The notes under the pieces are model-generated. The model was given only the letters and a program-made list of their open reading frames with translations. It was not told the DNA's origin and did not search any database. A stretch of DNA of 32,000 nt from Pyrodictium abyssi (GTDB lineage: Archaea > Thermoproteota > Thermoprotei_A > Sulfolobales > Pyrodictiaceae): positions 1,890,001 through 1,922,000 of the forward strand of contig NZ_AP028907.1 in the NCBI RefSeq assembly GCF_036323395.1, in the 5' to 3' direction. Position 1 is the first letter of the stretch, and every line of letters starts with the position of its first letter. A program made the translations under genes and the position numbers. Of the stretch, positions 8,391 through 16,898 are shown piece by piece.

Positions 8391-9089
8391 TTGAGGATAA
8401 CCGCCTCAGAGCCGCCGCGAGGCCGTCTAGTGGATAGGGTAGGGAGGCTCATGGCCGCCGAGTTCCTAGTAGTCTACCACGAGCCCGGCGACCCCTCGGA
8501 GAGCGCGCGTGTGCACACGCTCGTAGAGCAAGTTAGACAGCTAACCGGTGTAGATGTGGAGGCATCAACGCTAAAGGGTTTCACCGGGTGCCGTGGCTGC
8601 AGACGTGTGTACCTCCTCATGTTTACGCGTGGAGGCCACTGGCTGAGCCTAAGAGAGCACGGCGTAGACGCTGTGCTAGTGCCGCCCTACGTGACGGCCT
8701 CTGCGATCGTGGCCGAGCTGGAGAGGCATGGACTCGACCACGTGCTGCTTGTAGCTCTACGCGCTAAGCGCCTAGTCGACGAGCAGCTCAGCGACATAGA
8801 GCTCATAGGGAGGCTCATGGCCGCCAAGGGCCTCAGCGTCGACACGAGGATCCTGGATAGCATGAAGGCTGCCGCCAGGCCCGAGACTGGCGCACCCGTG
8901 GCGCCCCTGGCACTGCTCTCGGGGAGGCTCGTTAGGGCAGCATGCTCCCTAACCCAGGGGCTGTGTCTCGGCCCTCTACTACACTATGGCTGGTGGCACA
9001 TACTAGCATGGCTTGCAAGCGATATAAGAGCCCAGACACAACCACATAAAACCCCTAGACCAATAGAACATGGCAGACACGGCGTGTAG
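8391..9089 (+). CDS. Hypothetical protein, possibly a divergent CbiX/SirB-like chelatase fold
   Basis: FLVVYHEPGDPSESARVHTLVEQV and VYLLMFTRGGHW resemble the CbiX segments (hhVGHGSrd..., hhPLFh..G.H). A second half, HVLLVALRAK...APLALLSGRL, repeats the pattern. The gene is divergent from hemB. The start could be Met21 (MAAEFLVV). The C-terminal tail looks non-globular and runs up to the SRP RNA. Confidence 0.35.
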   Translation: MRITASEPPRGRLVDRVGRLMAAEFLVVYHEPGDPSESARVHTLVEQVRQLTGVDVEASTLKGFTGCRGCRRVYLLMFTRGGHWLSLREHGVDAVLVPPYVTASAIVAELERHGLDHVLLVALRAKRLVDEQLSDIELIGRLMAAKGLSVDTRILDSMKAAARPETGAPVAPLALLSGRLVRAACSLTQGLCLGPLLHYGWWHILAWLASDIRAQTQPHKTPRPIEHGRHGV

Positions 9090-9090
9090 A

Positions 9091-9433
9091 GGGGCCGAAG
9101 AGGGCTCCGCGCGGGTAGGGCTGGGGGCTCGCCCTCCCCCGAGCCCCGAAATGGGCGTAATGCGGGGGCCAGTAACCCGCACGCTGGCCACGGTGGCCCG
9201 CGGCAGACCCGGCCGACCAATGACCCCCGTCCCGCGGGGCCGGCGGCGGCGGAGCCCCCTCCGGAGGGAGGGAGGCTACCGCCCTTACCGGGGGAAACAG
9301 GCCAGGCCCGGAAGGGAGCAACCTAACCCCGGACGCCCGGCGTTCGCGGGGGCGCGGGGTGAGGCAACGGCCGGGCCCCCTGCCGCGGCGCCGCCGCGGC
9401 TGGCGTGCGGGGGCCGCGCGGGCCCTCGGCACA
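9091..9433 (+). ncRNA. ffs: Signal recognition particle RNA (archaeal 7S / SRP RNA); ends are +/- 10 nt
   Basis: The helix-8 signature CAGGCCAGGCCCGGAAGGGAGCAAC (9299-9323) parallels the E. coli 4.5S CAGGUCCGGAAGGAAGCAGC with a GGAA tetraloop. The 5' GCCGAAGAGGGCTCCGCGCGG (9094-) pairs with the 3' CCGCGCGGGCCCTCGGC (-9430). A long helix-5 pairing joins GGCCGGCGGCGGCGGAG with CCGCGGCGCCGCCGCGGC. G+C is very high, in contrast to the flanks. All track ORFs here are R/P/G-rich artefacts. Confidence 0.9.
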
Positions 9434-9742
9434 CCCATAGAACCACCGGGTTCTCGGGAGCCCCTGCCACCTCGGCCAGTCAACGGTAACTGCATCTAGC
9501 CGGCGCAGATACGCTATGAGGAAATAAGAGGAGGCGCGCCTAGTTCCTATGGCTTGGCCCGGGTATCGCCCGGGCGACTGCGCCGCGTAGCGGCGCCTGG
9601 GGGATGACCCCGGGTATCCGTTCCAGGCCCCGCAGACGGGGCACAGCTCTATACCGTGTCCTTAGAACCCGCTGTAGACAATAACTCCTGGATAGGAATG
9701 CCGGTGGCCATGTGTTCTTGCCCTGGTTGGTATCCGTGCCGC

Positions 9743-10267
9743 TTACTCGGTGACCGCCACGTACTCTGGTAGCCAGGTCAGGAGCTCCTCTATTACCTGG
9801 TCTGGGTCACTTATCTCCTCGACTTCCTCCTCCTCGCCGGATATTATGCCCTGGAGCGCGTGCAGTATAGCAGACAGTGTTAGCGTGTAGGACTCCTTCA
9901 TTAGGCGTGAGAGCTTGTTGGCTGCATCCGCGACGCGCTTCCACGCATCCTCGGCTTCGAGGGCTACGCAGAAGTCGTCTGGCTCCTCGGTGCCGAAGTG
10001 GCACGCTAGGTACAGCTTCTCGGTTATCTTGACGCCTACTATGCGTGAGCCCCTGTACTCCTCGCTGTCTACTACCGCGTGGCCTAGGCCCTTCTCTACT
10101 ATCTCGCGTAGTGGCAGCTTCGAGAGGGGCGGGCCCTGGATACTTCCACGCAGCTTTATACCCCGTAGCGGCTCGAGCACGTTGTAGACGTCGTCGTACT
10201 TGACTGATACCTGCATGGACAACGAGGTCTCCCCCATGGTTTTACATTTCTGTCCTCTTTCCGGCAC
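9743..10267 (-). CDS. Hypothetical protein with an acidic C-terminus
   Basis: The 174-aa ORF has protein-like composition. Likely real starts are MGETSLSM or MQVSVKYDD. I recognised no motif. Confidence 0.5.
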   Translation of the reverse strand: MPERGQKCKTMGETSLSMQVSVKYDDVYNVLEPLRGIKLRGSIQGPPLSKLPLREIVEKGLGHAVVDSEEYRGSRIVGVKITEKLYLACHFGTEEPDDFCVALEAEDAWKRVADAANKLSRLMKESYTLTLSAILHALQGIISGEEEEVEEISDPDQVIEELLTWLPEYVAVTE

Positions 10268-10303
10268 CAGGAGTGTCTAGAGCCTAGGATACACGGATTT
10301 ATA

Positions 10304-11608
10304 CTATAGCTTAGCCAGCTTGGCTATGAAGAAGCCCTGCGTCGCGTGCAGGTGTGGTAGTAGGCGCTGGCTCCGGGGTAGGCGGCGTGGCTTCTCACCC
10401 AGCACTGGCTCTGGCTCCGCGAGCTCGACGTCGCTGTGGCGTTCAAGCAGCCTTCTTATGACCCATATTGTCTCGCTACGCGTTAGGGTACAGACACTGT
10501 ACACTATGGTGCTGCCGGGCGGCGCTGCCTCGACCACTGCTGAGGCTATGCGGAGCTGGAGCCTGCGGAAGTAGTGTATGTCCCCACGTGTGAGCCAGAG
10601 CTTTACCTCCGGCTCGTACTGGAGCCGGCCCACGTCGCTGCAAGGCGGGTCTACGACTGCTACGCCAAACCCGCGTAGATACGGCTGCCGCGCATCCCCG
10701 GCTACGAGGTCGACCAGGTGGCCGACGGCCAGCCGGCCTAGCGTCCTCTTGGCCTCTCCTATGCGCTCGGGCTTGACATCGCCTGCTACCACGTAGCGGG
10801 CCCCGAGCCAGGCCATGTGGCTCGCCTTCACCGCAGCGCCAGCCGTAGGGTCTACCGCTATCCTGCCCTGGGGCCGGGCGACCCAGGAGACCAGCGCCGA
10901 GGCCTTATCCTGTAGTATGTAGAGGCCCTTCTGGTACTCCTCCGTGCGAGTCGCCTTCGAGTCGCCCGACACTATGCGAGCCATGTCTGGCAGGTCTCTG
11001 TCGGGCTCTATCTCGACCCCTTGGCCCTGGAGCCTCTCCCGGAGCCACTCGATGTCCACTCCGGGCTTCACGCGTATCCAGCGCACGGGGTCCCTGTTCA
11101 GCGCTTCTAGTAGCCTGGGTAGCTCTGGTATCTCTGCCTCCAGGAGCTCCTCTACCATCCAGCGGGGGAAGCTGTAGAGCACACTGAGCTTCTCGACCCC
11201 GCCGAGGCCGCGCACGAACTCCCGCGGCTCGGCGCCCCTCAGCTCGAGTATCTTGTCGGCGTCTAGCCCGGCCTTGGGGGCTAGCTTCCGCGCTCTACTG
11301 GGCTTCAGCTTGCCGCTAACCGCTTCGTAGGCTAGCGTCCTGGCGAGCATCCAGCGCGTAGAGTGGCTCGGAGGCCCATACCCCAGCCTCTCAAGGACCT
11401 TGTCGAGGAGCATGTAGTTGCGCGCCACGCCGAGGGTAAGTACTCTCACTATTGGCTTCATATAGTCTAGCTCTGGGTTCTGGGCAAAGAACCTCGCCGC
11501 CGTGTCGCGTAGCGAGGCGCGGCGACGTACGGTCTCTGAGAGTATTCTTGCCGCAACCTCCTCTGGAAGCACCATGGGTAGCCACCGGAGGCTCTTAGGC
11601 GCCGCCAC
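10304..11608 (-). CDS. NOL1/NOP2/Sun (RsmB-like) RNA cytosine-C5 methyltransferase with an N-terminal NusB-like domain
   Basis: Motif IV VVDPPCSDVGRL and motif VI YSVCTLTRSE, each with its catalytic Cys. The C-terminal GFFIAKL is typical. Motif I is divergent: AVDPTAGAAVKASHMA instead of D.CAAPGGKT. Confidence 0.8.
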   Translation of the reverse strand: MAAPKSLRWLPMVLPEEVAARILSETVRRRASLRDTAARFFAQNPELDYMKPIVRVLTLGVARNYMLLDKVLERLGYGPPSHSTRWMLARTLAYEAVSGKLKPSRARKLAPKAGLDADKILELRGAEPREFVRGLGGVEKLSVLYSFPRWMVEELLEAEIPELPRLLEALNRDPVRWIRVKPGVDIEWLRERLQGQGVEIEPDRDLPDMARIVSGDSKATRTEEYQKGLYILQDKASALVSWVARPQGRIAVDPTAGAAVKASHMAWLGARYVVAGDVKPERIGEAKRTLGRLAVGHLVDLVAGDARQPYLRGFGVAVVDPPCSDVGRLQYEPEVKLWLTRGDIHYFRRLQLRIASAVVEAAPPGSTIVYSVCTLTRSETIWVIRRLLERHSDVELAEPEPVLGEKPRRLPRSQRLLPHLHATQGFFIAKLAKL

Positions 11609-11731
11609 CGCCTCGTGCCGGTGGGAGCCCTGCTAGTAACACTCATAAGCAGGGCCCGGCCAGTATATCATAAAAGACTATCCACGTGGCTGCACGCTGC
11701 TACCCTCCGCTGCATGGAGGCGTGATAGGCA

Positions 11732-12082
11732 ATGGCTGCTACAAGGCTACAGCAGGGCGGCAAGCGGCTGGCCTGGGCCCTCCTGGCCCTTGTAGGCTAC
11801 ATACTGAGCCCGCTTTCGTGGTGGAACGATGTCTTCGTGAACGTACCAATAGCCCTCGCCGTCGCATGGCTGCTCGACACGCTGCTCGGCGTTAACCGGG
11901 CTGTGGGCTTCTACATAGGCTACATGGCTTCTAACATACTGGGCCTTTACTTGCTGGCTCTCGGCGTTAGCGGGGCAGTAGCCAAGCGTGTTGACCGCCA
12001 GACACTGGCCAAGATAGCGATTATGGGGGCTATCTACACGTTAGCCGCCACGATCGTCCTCGGCAGGCTCGGCCTTCTCTAG
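11732..12082 (+). CDS. Small integral membrane protein (about 3 TM helices)
   Basis: Hydrophobic segments WALLALVGYIL, VPIALAVAWLLDTLL and ILGLYLLALGV...IYTLAATIVLG, plus the motif SPLSWWNDVFVN. The 3' end overlaps the convergent C-N hydrolase gene by 42 nt. Confidence 0.55.
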   Translation: MAATRLQQGGKRLAWALLALVGYILSPLSWWNDVFVNVPIALAVAWLLDTLLGVNRAVGFYIGYMASNILGLYLLALGVSGAVAKRVDRQTLAKIAIMGAIYTLAATIVLGRLGLL

Positions 12083-12919
12083 AGCCAGCTCCATAGCCCG
12101 CCTGGCTACGGGCTGTAGCTCGAGAAGCGGTAGCGCCTTCCGCACATCGCGCAGGTAGTCCTTGTCGACCACCGCCTCGACATAGGCCTCCCGTGCCCCC
12201 GCGTCGACGGCGACGAAGCCCATAGGGTCCACCAGCATGCTCCGTCCCACGAAGTCGGGGCCCGCCATCGAGGCAACAGCCAGGTAGACAGTGTTCTCTG
12301 AAGCCCTAGCCTGCGCTAGGAAGCGGAGCTGCTCCTCCTTACCCGGCCCCCGGTACCAGGCAGCCGGCACCAAGACCAGCTCAGCGCCCTGGAGGGCGAG
12401 GCCCCGAGCCATCTCGGGGAACCGTAGCTCGAAACACACGATAGCGCCCACACGGAGCCCCGCCGCCTCAACCAGCCTAGGCGGGTCACCGCCGCGGCAC
12501 AGTACATCCGACTCCCGGTAGCCCAGGGCATCGAAGAGCATAACCTTCCGGTAGACAGCCTCTACGCCGCCACTAGGCCGCGCCATAACCACAGAGCTGT
12601 AGATGCAATCGCCACTCTTCTCGAGGAAGCCCGAAAACACATAGACACCGTACTCCGCCGCAGCCCACTCTAGGGCTCCTGCGAAGACGCTCTCCTCTAT
12701 GCTCTCCGCTCTCCCCCGTAGCTCTCCCGTTGGGATGCCCGCCGGGTAGACGTTAGCATACTCGGGGAGCAGGACAACATCCGCCTCGACGTTCATACCA
12801 CCAAGCAGCTCCTTGACGCGCGCACTGCTTTCCCTGGGGCTACGGCCTGGCGTATACTGGAGAATGCCGACCCTAACCCGCAATGTAGCCCACCAGCACG
12901 TCTCTGTTGACACGGCCAC
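12041..12919 (-). CDS. Carbon-nitrogen hydrolase (nitrilase superfamily)
   Basis: E-K-C triad context: VVLLPEY, YRKVMLFD and GAIVCFELRFPE. A more likely start is TTG 12883 (LRVRVGILQY), by comparison with typical family N-termini. Confidence 0.85.
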   Translation of the reverse strand: MAVSTETCWWATLRVRVGILQYTPGRSPRESSARVKELLGGMNVEADVVLLPEYANVYPAGIPTGELRGRAESIEESVFAGALEWAAAEYGVYVFSGFLEKSGDCIYSSVVMARPSGGVEAVYRKVMLFDALGYRESDVLCRGGDPPRLVEAAGLRVGAIVCFELRFPEMARGLALQGAELVLVPAAWYRGPGKEEQLRFLAQARASENTVYLAVASMAGPDFVGRSMLVDPMGFVAVDAGAREAYVEAVVDKDYLRDVRKALPLLELQPVARRAMELALEKAEPAEDDRGG

Positions 12920-13226
12920 GGCTAGGCACAGGCTATAACGCTCACCTAGAGCCGTTTCTCCGCCACGATTCCTCCAGGCCGGAAGCCTTGTAGAGGTAAC
13001 AGTTCACACCAGATTATGGAGGCGCCTAGGGGGCTAATCTCGGTATACAAGAGGAGACTACTATATGTAGCCTGGCCGAGGCTATCCTGGCTCCGGGGGC
13101 ACATACATTGATGATAAGCCCGGGGAGTGGGTAAACGGCTCCAGGTCTCCCTGTGACGGGTTTCTCCTCGCCTTTTGGGGTACACCGCTCGACATAGGCA
13201 AGGAGATACTAGAGGACGCTGGAGAG

Positions 13227-13847
13227 GTGGATCTGGGAGGGGTACCTGTTCTCCGGAGCATAAAAGGCGTATACAGGGGCAAGACTATCTGTATCGTACA
13301 GCTCTACTTCGGCGCACCAGCCTCAGCCATGGCGCTAGAACTGCTAATAGCCATGGGCGCCAAGTGGTTCGTAGTCTACGGCGCCGCCGGCGCGGTGCAT
13401 CCGAGCGTAAGGGTGTACGACATAGTAGTGCCAACATGGGGCATAAGAGAGGAGGGAACCAGCTACCACTACTTACCCCCATGCGCGGTGCCAAAGCCGG
13501 GCCAGAGAATAACCAGGATCCTGCAACACGAGCTGCGCCGCGCAGCCGAGCAGCTGGGAGTAAAGCTACACACAGGCGGTGTATGGACTACTGATGCTAT
13601 CTTCCGTGAAACCCGGGACAAGGTCCAGAAGTACAGCGCCATGGGGGCCCTAGCAGTCGACATGGAGAGCACAGCGCTAATGACCATAGCCATGTACAGG
13701 AGGGTCGAGCTAGCCGTGGCACTCGTCATAACAGATGAGCTACATAGAGAAGAATGGCACACAAAGTGGAACGTACACGGAGACAGGGAGAGAAGAATAG
13801 AAAGAGAAGTAGTGGCAGCAGCTATAAGAGCCCTATCAGAAGCCTAG
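13227..13847 (+). CDS. PNP/UDP-family nucleoside phosphorylase-like protein; the true N-terminus is probably upstream (see finding)
   Basis: GAPASAMALELLIAMGAKWFVVYGAAGAV and AVDMESTALMTIA align by eye with E. coli Udp and Sulfolobus MTAP (GIGGPS...RxGTTGA...EMExA). The in-frame upstream codons 13152-13226 (CDGFLLAFWGTPLDIGKEILEDAGE) align with the family VLVPGDPxRaxxIA segment. Confidence 0.75.
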   Translation: MDLGGVPVLRSIKGVYRGKTICIVQLYFGAPASAMALELLIAMGAKWFVVYGAAGAVHPSVRVYDIVVPTWGIREEGTSYHYLPPCAVPKPGQRITRILQHELRRAAEQLGVKLHTGGVWTTDAIFRETRDKVQKYSAMGALAVDMESTALMTIAMYRRVELAVALVITDELHREEWHTKWNVHGDRERRIEREVVAAAIRALSEA

Positions 13848-14144
13848 GCCTACTCCACTCTGCATTGCATTATACTTAGGGGCCGGAGCCACAGCAGCCC
13901 ACCTAACCTATCCAACGCTTAGACCGGATACCACAGGACCACACGCCACGCACTATCAGCAAAGTCCCGCAGGAGATACCGTGCCAAACCGCTGTTTAGG
14001 AGCCCACGCATGCTGCTGGTCTCGACGGCCCGCGCCAGAGACGAAGATAGCCTGGGGCGCCTGTTAGAGCTGAAGGTGTCTGCGCCCTGCCGCCTTAAGC
14101 CTCAGGTGGCGGCTAGGGTAAGGAACTAGCGGTGAGAACGCTCG

Positions 14145-14471
14145 ATGGTAGACCTCATAACATGCGACAGACGCGTCACATGGCTTACCAGCGTCGATAG
14201 GATAGTCGAAGACCTCTCTGAAGGCCTCAAGGCGAGGGACTGCAGGGTCGAATGGACTGATGGAACACTTGTGGCGTCTTGTAGGGGATGCCTCCTCCGG
14301 GTACGTGTATGGAGCGAGGACGCGTCAGAGATGCTTAGGGCGCTAGGCGTGCTCGCTGAGGAGGCAGTGAAGCGTGGCTGGGGAGCTGTTGGAATAGAGG
14401 TGAGGATCTCCAGGGGCTGCGACTGGCTCTGCAAAACCGTGTACATACTGCTTATGAAGGGAGGAGGCTAG
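14145..14471 (+). CDS. Hypothetical small protein (108 aa)
   Basis: ATG-initiated ORF with balanced composition. The antisense ORF 14126..14446 is S/T/P-rich and looks spurious. No motif recognised. Confidence 0.4.
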   Translation: MVDLITCDRRVTWLTSVDRIVEDLSEGLKARDCRVEWTDGTLVASCRGCLLRVRVWSEDASEMLRALGVLAEEAVKRGWGAVGIEVRISRGCDWLCKTVYILLMKGGG

Positions 14472-14523
14472 TATGCCGGCAGCAACCGCGTCGAAACAAG
14501 GACTCAGTGTAATCGTGAAGTTG

Positions 14524-14601
<78 letters not shown>

Positions 14602-14695
14602 AGCCACCCCTCTGGCGGGCTGGAGTGGATCCCTCCGGGTGTACTGTGCCGGTGTCTGGTGGGGTTCTATTACTCCTTTGCTCTGGCCGGGGGTG

Positions 14696-15472
14696 CTACT
14701 GCTGGCTCTTCTTCTCTGCTGCTTTTGCGAGTGCTTCGGCTAGCTCTAGGAGTTTTGCTTCGGGGTCCTTGGCTTTCATGACTGCTGATGCTACTAGGAC
14801 GCCGTTGGCGCCGAGCTTTATGGCTGTGGCTGCGTCTTCTCCGGTTGTTATGCCTGCTCCTGCTAGTATGGGTACGTCTGGGTTCACCATGCGTACTAGC
14901 TGTATGGTTGATGTTATGACCTCGGGCTTGGCTTTGGAGACTGGTACGCCGGTGCCTATGAGCTCTGGGGGCTCTACGGCTATCATCGTGGGGGATAGTA
15001 TTGCCGCTGCTGCTGCTGCTGTGGGTGTGTCTGCGCAGACGAGTGTCTCGAGGCCTAGCTGGGTGGCGCGCCGGACTATTGTGTCTATGTCGCTTAGCCT
15101 GATGCGGTGCTCGCTGTGGTTTAGTAGTGTACCCTTTGCGCCTGCTTCTTTCAACGCCTCTAGGGGGAGGTAGCCGGTGTGGGCGCCGGGCTCTACTGGG
15201 TCGGCATGCTGTGCGTAGACTAGTGCCTTGTCTGTTGACTCGCTTATTCGCACGATTTCTGTAGCCGGTACGGCTAGTATGAAGCGGATTATGCCGTCGT
15301 ACTCCTCTGCGAGCTTCTCAGCTGTGAGCGCTATTGCTAGCCCGGTTTCGCCGAAGGCTGTGGGGTAGGCCTTGTAGTTGACAGCTAGTACCGGTATACC
15401 CTTGTAGTCTCTCGTTGCCTCTGTACGGGATGTATAGTACGCGTGGAGCGATGAGAGTAGAACTGTGCCCAT
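14696..15472 (-). CDS. tpiA: Triosephosphate isomerase (archaeal type)
   Basis: VLAVNYKAYPTAFG, LLNHSEHR, CADTPT, IAVEPPELIGTG and ILAGAGITTGED match archaeal TIM motifs. There is an N-terminal extension of about 25 aa relative to typical homologues. Confidence 0.92.
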   Translation of the reverse strand: MGTVLLSSLHAYYTSRTEATRDYKGIPVLAVNYKAYPTAFGETGLAIALTAEKLAEEYDGIIRFILAVPATEIVRISESTDKALVYAQHADPVEPGAHTGYLPLEALKEAGAKGTLLNHSEHRIRLSDIDTIVRRATQLGLETLVCADTPTAAAAAAILSPTMIAVEPPELIGTGVPVSKAKPEVITSTIQLVRMVNPDVPILAGAGITTGEDAATAIKLGANGVLVASAVMKAKDPEAKLLELAEALAKAAEKKSQQ

Positions 15473-15697
15473 GGCTTACACGCCCCGCAGGCCTTCCTTG
15501 CGTGCCGCGGGAGGCTGCGCTTTGGCCCTAGGCGCCTGGGCCGCCCTGCTGCTAGAATAAGGACGAAGGTTCTATTAATTAGGATCGTATCACTCAGGCA
15601 TGCGCAAGCCGGCGGGAATAACCTCTAGAACATGGGAGCTTGTGTAGGGTTCGTGCATCCTGCTTGCTCAGGGATGGGGTAAAAACAGGCGAGAGGG

Positions 15698-16867
15698 CTA
15701 CTCGTGGACCTCGCCCTGTGCCTTGGCCTGCCCGGCTTTGGCGTAGTCCTTGGCTTCTACGAAGCGGTTCTTGAGCTTCTCTAGTACCTGTGGCATAGTG
15801 GTGTACTCCATGTCCTCGGGGCTTAGCCTGTGTGGCATGAATGGGCCGTGGCGCCTCATGTAGTCGGCTATCTGCTGTGCTAGGCGGCGTGCCTCGTCGA
15901 ATGCTGGGTCGTCGAAGAGGTCTACTGGGCCTATGAGCCTGCCCTTGGTTATGTTGAAGCCTAGGGCTATTATCCTGGGTGGGCCGTCGAACCTGGTGCA
16001 CTTAGCGTCGCGTAGGCCTACGGGCATTAGTGGGCCCCAGTGGCTGCCTCTCATCCAGCCTGCTACGAGGTGCGGGAAGCTGAAGGGCTCTAGAATCTCG
16101 CCTAGGGCTGGGAACCCGCTCTGGGCGCGTACTATGGCTACCGGGTCGTCCTTGCCTACGTAGCGGCCTGCTATCAGGTTTAGCTTCTCGCTGCTTACTA
16201 CAGCTGCTATCTCATCGTCGCGCTTCCTGTATATCCTCTTTATGACGTAGCGGCTCGGCGTGCCTATGAGTGCCAGTAGATCATACATCTCCTCGGGAGC
16301 GTTCAGCACCACGTACTTGCCCTCGTAGAGGTCTAGCACCTCGAACTTGAAGCCGTCGTGCATCTTAGGGTCTATTACTAGGCCTGCTGTGTTGAAGGGA
16401 TCAGCGAATATCCTGAACAGGGGGAAGTTGAAAGCGCCTGGCTCGGTCTTGTCGGCCATGAATACTACTATCGGCTCGCTGGGCCTCTCTTCGAACTCCA
16501 TCTCGGCTACTCCTGGTCCTAGGCCGCGGACGTTGCCGGAGAACGCGTCGCTCAGGAGGTCCTGGCCGGCTGCATAGAGGCCTAGCTCCTTGGCAACCTC
16601 TGCCGCCTTCTTGAAGGCATCCCACGCTAGGCCATGTATGTCGGGGTTGTCAACGCCCTTACGATGAGTCATTATTAGCTCTAGGTCGTCGCCCACATGG
16701 GTTACGTAATAGTCTATGATTAGTCCCTTCCTCTTAGCCTCTGCTAGGACGCGGGCAGCAGCCGCCATAGTGTCTGGATGCACCTTGTGGTGGCCCGCGA
16801 TGCTGCCAATGTCAGCCTTTATTACACTAACTGTCACAAGTCTCTCGTTTGTCATGGCCCCTAGCAC
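15698..16867 (-). CDS. fbp: Fructose-1,6-bisphosphate aldolase/phosphatase (class V FBPase)
   Basis: N-terminal VTVSVIKADIGSIAGHHKVHP and a length of 389 aa are characteristic of the archaeal bifunctional FBP aldolase/phosphatase. It is adjacent to tpiA, forming a gluconeogenic pair. Confidence 0.92.
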   Translation of the reverse strand: MLGAMTNERLVTVSVIKADIGSIAGHHKVHPDTMAAAARVLAEAKRKGLIIDYYVTHVGDDLELIMTHRKGVDNPDIHGLAWDAFKKAAEVAKELGLYAAGQDLLSDAFSGNVRGLGPGVAEMEFEERPSEPIVVFMADKTEPGAFNFPLFRIFADPFNTAGLVIDPKMHDGFKFEVLDLYEGKYVVLNAPEEMYDLLALIGTPSRYVIKRIYRKRDDEIAAVVSSEKLNLIAGRYVGKDDPVAIVRAQSGFPALGEILEPFSFPHLVAGWMRGSHWGPLMPVGLRDAKCTRFDGPPRIIALGFNITKGRLIGPVDLFDDPAFDEARRLAQQIADYMRRHGPFMPHRLSPEDMEYTTMPQVLEKLKNRFVEAKDYAKAGQAKAQGEVHE

Positions 16868-16890
16868 CAGGTAGCCTATCGTGAGCCGGT

Positions 16891-16898
16891 TGTATAAG
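16891..16898 (-). promoter_or_regulatory. TATA-like box (CTTATACA on the minus strand) about 27 nt upstream of the fbp ATG; implies a leaderless or near-leaderless mRNA
   Basis: The + strand TGTATAAG at 16891-16898 is centred about 27 nt from ATG 16867. That equals the usual archaeal TATA-to-TSS spacing. Confidence 0.5.

Noticed and set aside
9055-9495. Several 60-146-aa ORFs on both strands in the very GC-rich block
   Set aside because: The block is the SRP RNA, as shown by the helix-8 signature and terminal helix. The ORFs are Arg/Pro/Gly-rich artefacts of high GC.
13175-13594. 139-aa + strand ORF, and the minus-strand ORFs 13285..13494 and 13469..13762
   Set aside because: These are alternative frames or the antisense of the nucleoside phosphorylase gene, and are Arg-rich. 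The phosphorylase frame carries the family motifs.
15594-16001. 135-aa minus-strand ORF overlapping the fbp 3' end
   Set aside because: It is a different frame of the fbp gene, with Arg/Pro/Gln-rich composition.
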